Shown here piece after piece: positions 1 through 12,990 of a stretch of 46,957 bases of DNA. Origin of the DNA: Nemertoderma westbladi. Taxonomy: Eukaryota; Animalia; Xenacoelomorpha. Each line of letters opens with the position of its first letter. Within the stretch, counting starts at the first letter, position 1. The stretch is taken from contig JAUCBJ010004499.1 in assembly GCA_032718475.1 (NCBI GenBank), forward strand, positions 1 to 46,957, in the 5' to 3' direction. The notes below the pieces were generated by a model, which saw only the letters and a program-made list of their open reading frames with translations, had not been told where the DNA came from and searched no databases. A program made the position numbers and the translations under genes.

Positions 1-540
1 GGGGGGGGGGGGGGGGGGGAGGTGGGTTTGGTACCGGTACTATTGTAATGCAATAGCTTAGTGCCCGGCTGCCCATTCCACAATAATACTGTAAGGCAAT
101 ACCGGTACTGATAGTAAATTACTATATACATGAAACGAAATTGAAATTTCTTTCGTTTCGTTTCGTTAGGCCAACCCTGCTAATATATATATATAATATG
201 TATATGATATTTTATACAAAATTGTTTGGAATTACAAAATAATGAGTGGCGTCGTGCAAGAAATCGCTATTACTTAAATACAAATGCGGGCGTTGCAAAG
301 GTGTAAACCAACAACCATTATTAGCACTAATTAATGGTAATCATAAATGAGTGTAAATGAACAGGTTACAGCGGAAGGTCATTTTAACCAAAACAATAAA
401 CGAGAGTCATTAGCACAGGTTTCAGTTTCAAATTCAGCTGTGGTTGTTGGATAACAGCGTGGCATTTGCTACTTTGCATTAATTAAAACTGTTTTATAAC
501 AAAAAAATTAAAATGAATGGATATCGCCCTGTTGTAATAC

Positions 541-680
541 ACACAACTGCAAAATTAAAGGGTGTAAAAACGCCGACAATTGACAACCAACGCCGACAAT
601 CATCGTTAATATACAACTGCAAAATTAAAGGGTGTAAAAATGCCGACAACCGACAACCAACGCCGACAACCATTGTTAAA
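541..680. repeat. 70-bp tandem duplication (2 copies)
   Basis: acacaactgcaaaattaaagggtgtaaaaacgccgacaa... at 541-610 is repeated with few substitutions at 611-680. Confidence 0.85.
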
Positions 681-1207
681 ACAAATTAATCGGATCGGGT
701 TACAGTGGAAGGTTATTCTAACCAAAACAATAAACAAGAGTCGCGAACTCAGGATACATTTTCATACTTCCCATTGTTAGCAGTGGTTGTCGGCGTAGCG
801 TTTACACACAAAATTAAATGAACAATTATATATATACCGGAAATAAAAAATTACCAAAAAATATTTGTATAAACAATACCAATAATACCAATAAAAAAAA
901 CCAATACATATATCCTGCGGGGTTGATAAGCACATAATTGTGTTTCTTATTTAACTTTAGTAGTTATATCTAGGTAAGAGGTTGAACTAAGAAGTAAATT
1001 GAGATTAATTGGCATTTATTACAATAAATTATTACAAAACAAAAACATTACAGTACTATAAATTTAATTTAAATTTGTTGAAAATTACAAAACGTAAATT
1101 ACGTAAATTGCAAAAATTATTACTATATATTAATTTATTGCATTAGTGGCCGAGGATAATATTTCATTCGTAAAGTTGTCCCAGCAATAAAATTCGTAGG
1201 CGCAGTC

Positions 1208-1570
1208 AATAATTTGTACGTTCGTGTAGTCGATGCAGTGGTTAAACTCATTGCCACGATCAATAATTAGTACACGGCGTCGTCGCAGCGGTTAAACTCA
1301 TTTCCACGATCAATAATTCGTATGCGGCGTCGTCGCAGCGGTTAACCACAGTATGGTCGCGACCTGGGACCCAAACTGGAGCTTCAGAGTACCGTCCAAA
1401 ACATTTTCGCATAAAATTGTACCGTAAAATATCAAGGCCTGGGCACATTTTCGACGTTTGAAAGTAAGAGCCAATCAGGAGCCAGATATGGTGACCACGG
1501 TCTTGTCTCGACCTGAGACCCAGACTGCAGCTTCAGATTACCGGCCAAAACATATTCACATAATATTATA
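1208..1570. repeat. ~50-bp tandem repeat (about 3 copies) followed by a ~75-bp direct duplication
   Basis: caataatt...gcagcggttaaactcatt.ccacgat units at 1208-1350; accac...cgacctg.gaccca.actg.agcttcaga..accg.ccaaaacat at ~1345-1420 and ~1494-1570. Confidence 0.7.
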
Positions 1571-4500
1571 TCAAAAAATGTTATTGCCTATAGGCAGGAC
1601 ACCTACCGGTACACGGTCAGTAATGATCATGTCCTGACTGCATGATTTCGGTCTGATGAAATTTTCTGTTGCATGCATCAGATACCCATCAATGGCCTCT
1701 AACCACCTTGATGGTCAAAATCCATTCCGTCAGATAGCCCTGGGTGAGGTATTGAAATAACGCAATTACATAGGCCTACAAGTTGGGAAACTTTTAACTG
1801 CACCAAACAACCGTAATTTAGGCATTCAGAGTGCGCCCGAACATGGGGAACATTATTGCCAACTTTGGGCATCTGCCTACAACGTTTTAAATAACTGCCA
1901 GAAAGCCTAAAGCGTCCCCTTACATCTGTACATGTCTTAAGAACAGACAAAAGGTACCCGGCTGCCCGGTACCGCGGCGCTGTACTGCTGTCTGGCTGTA
2001 CCGGATGTGGTTGTTCTAGGCAAGCAGTGCATACAGCTCGGACTTACAGTACCGATAGCAGACCCAGAGAACACCGGCACTGCAGACTATGATTAGCTAC
2101 ATACACACAGAGCTAGGTAGTAGCTACCGGCAGACCGGCATAGGTCAGTAGTATGAACACAGTTTTTGGAGCATACTACAACTGCTGACTTTTGCTGAAC
2201 CAGGCTGATCAATCAGCTTATTAATAATTGCTGCCGGATTGGATAAATTATTAATTAATTTGGGAAACTTTACTAATTAGTAAAATCGTTAATTAGTTCG
2301 ATTCAAAAGATTTTAGAATAATTATTATTTGTAAAATAGTAAACCGCTTTGATACACCTTGTGAATAAGGATTTGGGGGCGGGGGGGACAAAGCCCCCCC
2401 GCCAATTAGGTAATTAAGTAATTAGTTAATTACTAATTAACGGTAGGAGATACGGCATCGGCGCCAGAGACTTTTTTGTGTAGAATAAAATTCCGAACAA
2501 CTTTGTGATGTTACGTTTTTTCATAGCTCTTAGTGTTTTCGAGTTACGACGCTAATTAGTTTTCGGCTAATTAGTACTAATTAACAGTAATAGGAGGGCC
2601 ATAGCGATGACTGAACTTTTTTTAGATCTTACCGAGATGAACAAAAAAAAACACCGTTGCTAGGGGAAAAACCAAATACTTTTTGAGAAAAATCAATTAG
2701 AAATCTTTAATCGCTAATTACTAATTAATTAATTAACAGATTTTTTCCACAAAAACTCCTAGCTATCGCGCTAGGGCCATCTACCAGATCGCGCAAACAG
2801 AATCGTTCTAGCTTTTGCCATTCTCCTGGAAAAATCCTTTAAAAATCGACCTAAAAAAGATCAAAGCAAAGTGCCTACTTGACAAGGGGTTCGATATAAT
2901 GCTATCTTATGAGGTTTTACTTTGGTGTTTATGTTGGTTTGCTAAGTTCCGTTAAAAAGGCTGCATTATTTATTCCTCATAAGACTCTGTCGAGCCTTTG
3001 GCTCTCCAGTGGCAGCCAGACCATCGAGAGTAAACAAAATCAAACCCAATCAACTACAAATCAGATAGTAGCGCACATTGGCCCTAAGTGAAATAATGTA
3101 TAGTTTATTGCTTTGGTTAGAAAACACCGTCACTGTAACCTGCTCCTTAATGTTATTAATTAATTTTCAAAACCTCTAAAATGTATTTTGTGTTTGCGGT
3201 CATTTTGCGCCATTGACTCCTACAAGTATATAACGATACTGAATTTTATTGAGTTCTACTGAGCCACTTACAGGGCATTTTAAATCGTCTATAAAATATT
3301 GGAAAGAGATCCGTAGATCACATTTTCAATTTTTTTATTAGCAATTTTTTTATTCAAATTTTCGCATAATTGATGTTCTAGAACATCCCGCGGCAAAGAT
3401 ATATATTTTTTTATGTTAGCTATTATTCTTGATCTAGCTAGCTAAAATTATTTTACTGAGCTACTGGGGAGGGGAGGGTGGCGGGATTAAGGAACCAGTG
3501 CTCAGAGGGGTGAGTACAAAAGAAAGACCCAATTATAAAGATCTGCATAATCTTGTAACGTGTGTTATCTTTCGTTTATTGTTTTGGTTCCACAATACAC
3601 CTCTGCAACCTGGCCCTTTACTTACCTGCTCCTTTAAATGGCAATGGGACCTGACCTAACGCTCTTTGGGATCTAACGCTCTTTGGGACCTAACGCGAAT
3701 TTACCTCTTTGTTTTGTACAGAACGGGCACTAAAGTGTCTTGTTTGTTTGTTTTGTACTCACACGTGCTCATACGTAATAAAAATAAATTAAATTGATCT
3801 TCCATTCACATATGATCATATGTAACTGATTGAACTGTTAGCTACCGGTAACTACTGAACTAACCATTCAGTTTAGAATAAATTTAACTTTAAATTATTA
3901 AAGTGGCCACTTAGTTAAGATAAAGTTAGTCACTTAGTTAGGCCACTTAGTGGTCATTTATCATAAATGAGCACTTAGTTTGAGAAACCGGGCCTATATC
4001 TCTAAAATATTGAAAAGACTCAGTCCAACTTGTCATGATCTGATAAGTCAAGATCAGGTAATTTATATATCACTGGGAAGGAAAAGGAAAACCGTGGAAT
4101 TAATTAATTATCAGGTAAAATGGTGGAACTCAATCAATAGTTTCCTCTTTTGTGTACTCCACACTGGGCTCTAACTGCTCAACAAGTATAAATCACTGGG
4201 TTCATTATGCCAAGTACATTGTACACATCTCGAACCAGACACTATATAATATTGGAGGTGTCTCATTGCTCCCCCATTAACTAGACACTTGATGAGAGCC
4301 GCCTCATATTTGCAGGATATTGCTTTCACCGTGAGCGCAGTGAGTGCACGTATTTCACCCTTTACTTATATTTACCCAATCAAACATCAAACCAAATCAT
4401 AATCCTAAGATTCCAAGGATTTAGAACGACTGGAAGTCCAACAGAATTCGTCGTAAACTTAAACTTCTAAATTTCTGATACGTTATTTTACAAGCTGGTA

Positions 4501-4784
4501 CACATGTGGTGTTTTCAAATGCAGTTAATTTAATTTATTTAAGATTATTTCAATTGCCTTTCATAACTATCTAACTCCCTAACCCCCCTGATGTCGAATT
4601 ATTCATTAAAACATGAAACTCAATGTAAAATATGAAATATTATTGTTTATATTCTATAAGGAAATATAAACCAGAACAGCAAACATACATCCGCCTCTAT
4701 ATAAAACAAACGACAACTGCCCACTGCCTATAATATTGTATATTGTGTAAAGTTGATTGGGAATGTGTACGTAATGAGGTTAGT

Positions 4785-5290
4785 TTGTGGGGCGAGCCAC
4801 GAAGTTGGCGGAGCCTTAGCGAATTGACACTGTTAGGGGGTGGGTCAATTTATGCAAATAGTTGTCGTCGTCGTCGTCGTCGTCGTTGTCGTCGTCGTCG
4901 TTGTCGTCGTCGTTACGATTTTGACATGCTAATAACTTTGTCGGATTTAAAGCTGCCAAGTTGAAAATTTGTAGGTATCAATATGAGCAAAAGTTGAGAT
5001 TTTTGAGAGACTTTCAGACACCATCAGTGCAATGGTCTCCCGCTAGAGGGCCACATGTCTAAACATTAAATGCCCTCCCATTTCTTTGCTTTTAATCCGT
5101 TTAAGCTGAAACTTGGCAGATATGTATTAGACCATTAGCTGTGACTTTCAAAGGAGGCGAATCCATCTGCAGTTCTCCAGTCTGCCGCTAGAGGGCCAAC
5201 GTGACTATTTGCATAAATTGACCTACCCCCTAACAGTGTCAATTCGCTAAGGCTCTGCCAACTTCGTGCTGCGCGAAGTCCCCACTTCGT
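4785..5290 (+). mobile_element. Non-autonomous Helentron/DINE-1-like element, copy 1
   Basis: ~70-bp inverted repeats (cacgaagttggc.gagccttagcgaattgacactgttaggggg... at ~4798-4862 and ~5203-5267), internal (GTC)n microsatellite at 4863-4912, 3' hairpin cgaagt-cccc-acttcg; a diverged second copy lies at ~46430-46830. The superfamily call is inferred from architecture. Confidence 0.55.
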
Positions 5291-5299
5291 GTAATATGG

Positions 5300-6115
5300 A
5301 GTGTTATCGGACTCTCGATTTCCATTGAGCTGATTGGGTAGGAAGATCTCAACCTTCAAGTAGCCGTAGTCGTGGGTCCCCGGCAGAACATCTAACTGAT
5401 CTTGACTTTGCTGATGATCTTGGTTTACTGTCAGAGACATTGGAGGAAGTATAGAGAGTTGTTATCTATGTAGCTTAGAGGAGGCTGCATACATTGTTGG
5501 CCTCTTAGTGGATAGCACAATGCACAAAGACCAAAATCATGACAGCAAACATGCGGACTCAGACCAGCAGAAAATCGATCGTGATTACATTAAGACATGT
5601 GTAGTAAGGTGTAGGTAAGACATGTGAAGGACTTCTGCTACCTTGGATCATCGGGTTCGGAGGTCTGGTGAAGAGTCTTTCGCAGAAGGAAAGCCGGGTC
5701 TGCCGTCCACAAGCTATCCATGATCTGGAAGAGTTGTGACATCTGATGCTCTTTAAATGTACTCCTTTTCCATGCAACAGTACGGAGCCTTTGCTTCTCT
5801 TTGGCAGCCCTTCTGTTCTCTAACTCATGAAGACACCAGGTCTCTGCATGGTAAATATACCAGGATGCGAGACGGGATGCACAACATTATCTATTATACA
5901 CACATAAGCATGAGGTGTTACACAGTAGGCCTAGACAGTACAGCTACGGTAACATCTCATTACCTAGTATCACACTGCAGAGACGCCGCCTGAAGCTTGC
6001 TGGGCAATGTTTTCTCTGGCCGGACAGACCCTTTTGCTGTGGCAGTCTCCAGTCTTGAGAATAGGGATGATATTTCTAGGTCCACCAAGTCTACACCTTA
6101 ATAAAGCCGATCATA
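5300..6115 (+). pseudogene. Decayed RTE-clade non-LTR retrotransposon, RT C-terminal half
   Basis: Plus-strand translations give EHLTDLDFADDLGLLSE (~5385-5435), KDFCYLGS, LLFHATV, SLHGKYTRM and RRRLKLAGQC, broken by stops and frameshifts. Confidence 0.8.
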
Positions 6116-6797
6116 TCGCATAAAGTGAGTTAATGACGCAAAATTACCGCATACACCAACTATGTGTTTAGTGGATTTAAAAATTTAATTTAAATTAATA
6201 TTAAAATTTTCTCATTTAAAACATTCAAGGGAAGAAGAAGGTTACAGTGGGTTGAAGATTGTTTATTGTTTTGGTTAGAAAAACAGTTACAATGAATACA
6301 GTATTTCTAACCAAAACATTTATCAAAAGTTTATTTCACAGCGACCAATTCAAATTGTGCTGGTGATTAGTTTTTCCATTTACGGTCATTTACCATCCAT
6401 TCATAATATCTTATAACTACTGTATTTACATCAATTGTTTAGACATTTATGTGCTTGTAGGCCTACAATATTAGGAGATTACAATACTTAGAGATGGAGG
6501 CGTTATCCATAGTGTATTCTTATACATTCGCAGGTCAACAATGACGTCCGCATTTGAATGAGTTACTCCCCCAAGAACGGTAACCCGCGTCCCATTCCTC
6601 TATCTCGTGCTCATAACAACCTGGCTTGACACCGGCCCCAACTATAGTTCGATGGCACTCCCATTCAAATATAACGTTCTGTATAATAAAAACAAACAAA
6701 CATCCAATTTAATACAGTATTTAGTAGGCTTATCGTATGTACAGTACTGTACATTAAATATGTACAAATAAAATGTTTAATAAATACAAATAACATT

Positions 6798-9645
6798 ATT
6801 ATGGCATACATTTAGTATTAATATTCAATGCTTTTTTTCTCTATGTATTTATTTTCTCAATGTTTTTTCCTCAATATTTGATTTGCCGTACTATTTTTTC
6901 ACAATATCTGATTGGTGAAATCTAAAATAATTTTTCTCTAAATGTTTTTTTCTTAATGTATATATTTTCTCAATGTTTTTTCTCATTGTACTGTATTTAT
7001 TTTGTCAAAGTTATTTTTCTCAAATGTATTTAATATGTCAATGTTTTTTTCTCAATATCTGATTGGCCCAATCGCGTATTTTTATCTCAATATCTGATTG
7101 GCGGAGCCTTGCTTTTTTTTGTTCAATATCTGATTGGCTAAACCGTGAATTTTTTTTCGATATCTGATTGACTAATCCGTGTATTTTTTCTCAATATCCC
7201 AGTTAAACATGAACTTATGTTTCATATGTGGTATATATATGTTGTATGGAATAGGTGTGTCTGGAAATTGGGTTTTTATGCTCATGTATGAATAATACAT
7301 GTCACACATGCGGTGATACATACACTTAGAAACTGTGTATCGCCATTTATGGTATTTATATGTTGCACATATGAATTTATCATAAATAAATGTGTGAGAA
7401 TGCGCATGTGAATAATATATGTCGAGCATATGTGAAATAGCCATAGCCAAGACTCTGAGTTAAATTTAAATCCATAAACTATTCAATTCGTAATTGTGTA
7501 ATCCAGTTCATGGATTTTATATGTTGCACACATGTTTGCCTTATGGTAATACAGGCCTTACAGTTACATGTACAGAAAAGAATAGCGATGCGGAATGCGG
7601 AATTAGGAATGCGGAATAGGATGCTGAAATTGTTGATGTCACTTCTCAGCTTTTTGCATAAGAACAAATATCGTTTCAATCAGCAGTATAATACGTTGAA
7701 TCTATATTTTTTATTATACTGTATTTTCAAAGTACCGACTATTTAACCATATAATGTATAATCAATACATAGGCCTGCTATAAGGTTTAAATGATCTGTG
7801 AAGGCTGTATGGACACTAAATTGAAGTAACCATAGTCGATCGTCCAATTGTTTTATTTATTGCATTTGAGGGCTGGTGGTGGGACACATTCTTAAAATGA
7901 TAGGCATTTCATAGTCTGATCCTGCAATCTTTCTTCTTAACCACGTCGTTGTCGCTTGTAGTTTAGCTAGTGAATCGCAAATTATTTTATATTTTACCCA
8001 TAACAGCATAATGCGTTGCAGAAACCTACCGCTTATCATACAGTCATAGTCCACTCAATTGTTCAGTGATGCAGTGTGTGACTTGCCTGCTTTCTGCCTT
8101 GCACTATGCACATTGTGCTGTGCATTTGCATTGTACAGTGCTGTATTAACAGAATTAGACAGTTAGTATGGCTGTATGGTGGTTTTCACTTGTCAGGTTG
8201 TGGTTGTGCATTGTCATATGCGCTGCTAAGTATCAGTAAGGGGTACAGACATAGACAGATAACATACATGCACTACCATCCGTAAGGTAGGCAGGCCTAT
8301 TGCAGTTCTTATCCTGTTAAAAAATTGAACATATGTTTCATATGTGGTATATATATGTTGTATGGAAAAGATGTCTTAAAATTAGATATAAAATATCATA
8401 TGAGCAATTATATGATCTTAGAATTAATTAATTTTCGAAGATTTATCAAAATGAATAATCTATTATAGCTGGAAATTAGATACATTAATTAAATCTAACT
8501 AATAGAATACGAATTTACGGATCATAACCAAAATCTATTAAGGATACTCTCATATCACTATGGATTAAATATTTTCATATATACTCCGATGCTTCCTTCT
8601 TTAATGTATAGGGTAGGTGTAGGGCCGTAGGATAGGGTGTAGGGATTGGATAGGATAAGGTACTGACTGAGGTAGGCTACCCCCCCCCCCCCCCCCCTCC
8701 GCCCCACCTCTCTATAGGAAATGCAGACCCACACCAGTGATTGGGGTCTCAGTTTAAATTTTTACTCTTTTTGTCGCACTTGTCACATAAAAAACATATG
8801 TGTATCACATGTGAACATTCCACATATGGATCACATTTCACAACACTAACATTTACATATATGTATCACATGTCGAATTATTTATGGCAACCATATATGA
8901 AATACATACTCATGTTTAACTGGGATCTGATTGGCCGAGCCCTGCCTTTTTTTCTCAATATCTGATTGGCTAAACCGTGAATTTTTTCTCAATATCTGAT
9001 TAGTCGCACCTCCAGCTGTCATATTTTAGGTCCCTCTGACGCCTGTGCCGTACTACTGATAGCCTATGGCATAGGGTAAATCGCTAGCACATACAGTAGT
9101 GCAGTAGTGTAAGCTAGTAATGGGAGGACTGTCAGACAGACAGATTGTAGCCTACTGGTACCGGTAGCTTGCTATCAGCACAGCAGTGATCAGACTACAG
9201 TATGTGGGATGTATGCGGATTACAGTACTTTCATTAAACGAAAGGGTAAGCGAATAACAAACAGAGGGGTCTTCTGGTAAAATACGTAGAGAGAGATGGC
9301 AGAAGAACCTAAATGCTGACAGCGGGAGGTGCGACGAAAAAAACATTGCGAAGTTAAATACATTGAGAAAAAAATCATTAAGAAAATAAGTATATTGACG
9401 AAAAAACATTAAGAAAATAAATACATGGAGAAAAAAATCATTAAGAAAATAAATATATTGACGAAAAAACAATAAGAAAATAAATACATTGAGAAAAAAA
9501 AACAAAGAGAAAAAAATTATTTTAGATTTGACCAATCAGATATTGAGAAAAAAGGCATGGCCAATCAAAATATTACGAAAGAAAAACATTAAGAAAATAA
9601 ATACATTGAGGAAAAACCATTGGATATTAATACTAATGCCATAAA
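6798..9645. mobile_element. Large foldback-type element with long inverted arms and CCAAT-containing tandem units
   Basis: ~6800-7050 is the reverse complement of ~9340-9645 (e.g. aatatctgattggtgaaatctaaaataattttt versus aaaaattattttagatttgaccaatcagatatt); an array of ttttctcaatatctgattgg units runs 7045-7197 and resumes at 8925-9003. Ends are approximate. Confidence 0.65.
7198..8924. mobile_element. Non-autonomous DNA transposon (CCC...GGG ends, 2-bp TSD; EnSpm/CACTA-like) nested in the foldback element
   Basis: TIRs CCCAGTTAAACATGA / TCATGTTTAACTGGG; AT is duplicated at 7196-7197 and 8925-8926, and removing the insert restores a tcaatatctgattgg unit. Confidence 0.8.
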
Positions 9646-9761
9646 TTATACTCATTATAATTATTTTTTTAGTAGGTCTACATACATAGGGGTAAAAAAA
9701 GGGGGGGGGGGGGGGGGGGGGAATTATTCAGTATGATAAACGCTATCTCACTCTTTTTATC

Positions 9762-9989
9762 TTAAAACGTCTTGGCAAATCGTATTGGCAACGTCTTACT
9801 AACAGTCGAGCAGCATGGCGTACAAGTTTCAGTCCTGCACCAACTTGCATCAAAATTATCTTCATGTCGTCTCTCCAAGAACCCATCAGCGACAGACTTG
9901 TCAACATCATGGAGAGGAACTTTTCCACCCACGGTCATCCAGATGTTTAACATAACGACAGATAATAGGCCTATCAACTTTAAGTACAT
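9762..9989 (-). CDS. Candidate secreted prepropeptide (signal peptide, propeptide ending in RR, C-C-CC mature part); possibly only a first exon
   Basis: ATG at 9989 in ACAAAATG context; MYLKLIGLLSVVMLNIWMTVGG | KVPLHDVDKSVADGFLERR | HEDNFDASWCRTETCTPCCSTVSKTLPIRFAKTF. Confidence 0.45.
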   Translation of the reverse strand: MYLKLIGLLSVVMLNIWMTVGGKVPLHDVDKSVADGFLERRHEDNFDASWCRTETCTPCCSTVSKTLPIRFAKTF

Positions 9990-10899
9990 TTTGTTCAATA
10001 ACTGACTGTATTCGCGTTTTTTACACTATATTTGTAAACTACTTAAACTACCGCTACTCAAACTACTTAAACTTTGTAAACTACCGCTACTTAGGAAAAT
10101 GAAGGAATAGGGAAAGGAGCAGGATACAGTGGCACGGTATTCTAACCAAAATAATAAACTAAAGTCAATAGAACAGGCTACAGTTGTATTCTTGGGAGTA
10201 ATCAGCTGTTATTTGGGTCGAATTTCCCTTATAGAGGGGGATGCATTTTTATTGAGTCGAAAGTCCCCCTCCCTCTATCTGCTATTTTCACTATAGAGTG
10301 CGGGACGTGTACGTACACACAAAAACCGCTACACCGAATTTAGAAAATATCCCTATGACAGTTTGCTGATGGTTCGCAGTTATGACTCTCCCCAGTCATT
10401 TCGGTTAACCGTTAGCGAACCAAAGATAAATTAGATTCAATTTTCCTCCCAAGGACCAAGAAAATTAAATTTGAAAAAGAAAAGATATTTCTGATTATCC
10501 TACACCCCCAAAGCGCGGCACACCGCTTAAAACATTTTTCTTCATTTTTAAGTATTTCACCTTTGAAACTCAACCGCCATTTGTAATATAATAATAATTT
10601 GCTAAATTAAAATGTAATTTCATGCGATTTAATAAATAAATAATGTATAGTCTGTAAGTGTGACAAGTTGAGTTGAATTTGGTCCGCGTCTACTAACGCA
10701 TGAAACCATCTTACTACCAAAAAAATTCACCGGAAAGGGGATTGAACTCGGTACCTACTGTAGAGATTCCAAGTCCAAAACAACAATGAAAACATACAAA
10801 AAATTTAAAGTACCCTCCAACCAATAGGAAAAACCCTTCTACAACAATAAAATAACTTTTCTAGAGCAGTTTTTCCTGCCTGGGGGTCAGTGAGGTTAC

Positions 10900-12197
10900 T
10901 GACCCAACACATAGAAAGGGGTCAATTGACAAAAAAATGGTTTTTAACTTTTTGTTGGTTTTATATAGATAATTTAACGGAGAATTTCCCATTGAAAACC
11001 ATTTGTTAATATCTCTTTTCGTTTTTGAGTTATTGTAGATTTAGTAAGACAAGGTTCTGAGATAATTTCATAGCAACATTCTGAGAAAATTCGATTTAAA
11101 ATTTTCAAACCTTCCCGCCATTTTCAGAAAACGCTGTGATTTTTCAAACATCATTTGAACATTTCTGAATGGAATGGATATTCAATAACATCAACATAAT
11201 TATAGCATTGGAAGTTTCCATGGACAGTTATTTAATATATTTTGTCAGTTTTAAGGTTTGACAGATTCTTTACATGTATGTTTGTCTGTCTGTATGCATA
11301 CCCTTATCTTATTTTGTCTATGAAATAATAAAGAAATTGCAATACCTAGTCAAAATATTTACTACCGGGGGATTTTTTGGTCGGTAATCTTTTTATGGTG
11401 TCAGTTTTAATGTGTGTCAGAATCTACACGGTCAGTATGTTTGTATGTCATTCTGTTTGTCTGTATATATGTATGTATGTCTGACTAACAGACATACATA
11501 TAAACATACAGTTAAGATGTTGTTAAACGTAAAAACTGATATCGGAAATAACTTCACCGACCTAGAAAACCCCCATAACCATATTTTAGTAAGGTTAAAT
11601 GATTTTCTTAATTTTTTGACGGACATACATACAGACAAACAGACTGACTGACATACAGACGTACACATAGAGACAGACAGTCAAGATATCGTAAACATGA
11701 AAAACTGGCATCGAAAATGGATTCACCGACCTGGAAAACCCCGCAGAGTCATATTTTTGTAAAGTTAAATTAAATTATTCTTTCAATTTTTTCACTCACA
11801 TACATACAGACAAACAGACTGAGCGACAAATAGACAGACATACATAGAAAAAAAAGACAATTAAGATGCTCTCAAACGTAAAAACTGATATCAGAAATGA
11901 GTTCGCCAACCTAGAAAACCCCTATAGCCATATTTTGGTGAGGTTATATGATTTTCTTTATTTTTTGACTGTCAAACAGACAGACAAACAGACAGACAAA
12001 CAGACAGACAGACATTTTCTGTAGGTACTGTAACCTTAGAAGTTATTTTTTTGGATTCTACGTTAAATTTCGATCTTAAATCAATAAAAAAATGAAATTT
12101 ACATTTTTTTTTGTTTTCTATGATTTTTTCATATATTTGAAATTTCTGGAAAATGAGATTATTTGAAATTGACCCCTTTCTATGTGTTGGGTCACTG
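10900..12197. mobile_element. Non-autonomous Tc1/mariner-like element with internal ~170-180-bp repeats and (GACA)n tracts
   Basis: TIR tgacccaacacatagaaaggggtcaatt (10900-10927) matches aattgacccctttctatgtgttgggtca at the right end, which finishes CACTG-TA at 12197-12199; internal units start at ~11525, 11693 and 11874. Confidence 0.75.
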
Positions 12198-12199
12198 TA

Positions 12200-12990
12200 A
12201 AAGAGAAGATCTTACGATAGTCTACAAAGTAAAAATCGAACAAACGAAAATATCAACAAGGTTGAGAAAGCTAAGGAAGATCTTAAATTGGCCTACAACA
12301 TCAGCCAGAAGTACATACAGGACAAGATTGAAGAATTTACAACTGCTCACACACAGCAACAATCAAGACTTACCTGGTAAACTGTAAATTAGGTTTCTGG
12401 TCGGAAAAGTTGTACTAAGGGGCGCCTCAAAGCTGATAGTCCTGAAGAACGTGTTGGGAAATGGAAATATCACTTCAACAACTTGCTTGGGCAGCCACCA
12501 AACATCGAGGTCAGCCCTACAAGGAAAATATATGACAAGACACTACCTATAGAAACAGGGGACTTCATACCTGCCGAACTCCAAATAAGCATTAAAAGCA
12601 TGTCCAATCATAAAGCGAGTGTATTAGATGAAACCCCTACAGGAGTATGGAAAACAGGAGTGCTAAACATACCATTATTGGATATTAGATGTATGGATGT
12701 TGAAATGGGAAAAGCCAAGACCAATTTGGAATAATGGTCAACTAAAGCCTCTCACTAAGAAAGGAGACCTCGGTGTACCAACAAACTACTGTATCATGGG
12801 ATCTGTCTGGTTGTGGTAGCTCCAAAAATATACAACAAAATGATTCTATATAGAATTAGACCTCACATAGAGAAACTGCTGGTTAAGAACCAAGACGGAT
12901 ATCGACCAAATAGATCAACAATAGCTCAGATACTTGCGCAACGGAGACTGATTGAGGGAATTAAGTCAAAGAATCTCCCCGCTGTCTTCC
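12200..12990 (+). pseudogene. Decayed RTE-clade non-LTR retrotransposon RT fragment
   Basis: WKYHFNNLLGQPP, TPTGVWK, KKGDLGVPTNY and KIYNKMILYRIRPHIEKLLVKNQDGYRPNRSTIAQI, with frameshifts. Confidence 0.85.

Noticed and set aside
1-19. Poly-G/poly-C tracts (also ~8680, 9701, 37280, 41877) as functional G-quadruplex elements
   Set aside because: Several are parts of MITE arms or simple homopolymers, and nothing in the sequence supports a function
1208-1350. CRISPR-like periodic repeats (also 7045-7197 and 19012-19075)
   Set aside because: Whole units repeat without unique spacers, there are no cas genes, and the context is eukaryotic
4743-4964. Protamine-like Arg/Cys-rich ORF
   Set aside because: Translation of the (GTC)n microsatellite inside a repeat element
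5440-6100. Apparent minus-strand exons or a KDZ-like transposase fragment (82-codon open frame, HPGIFT)
   Set aside because: The plus strand carries clear RTE RT motifs (DLDFADD, DFCYLGS, RRRLKLAG), so the minus-strand frames are antisense shadows
9152-9535. Phe-rich membrane-protein-like 127-aa ORF
   Set aside because: Translation of the AT-rich tandem units of the foldback arm
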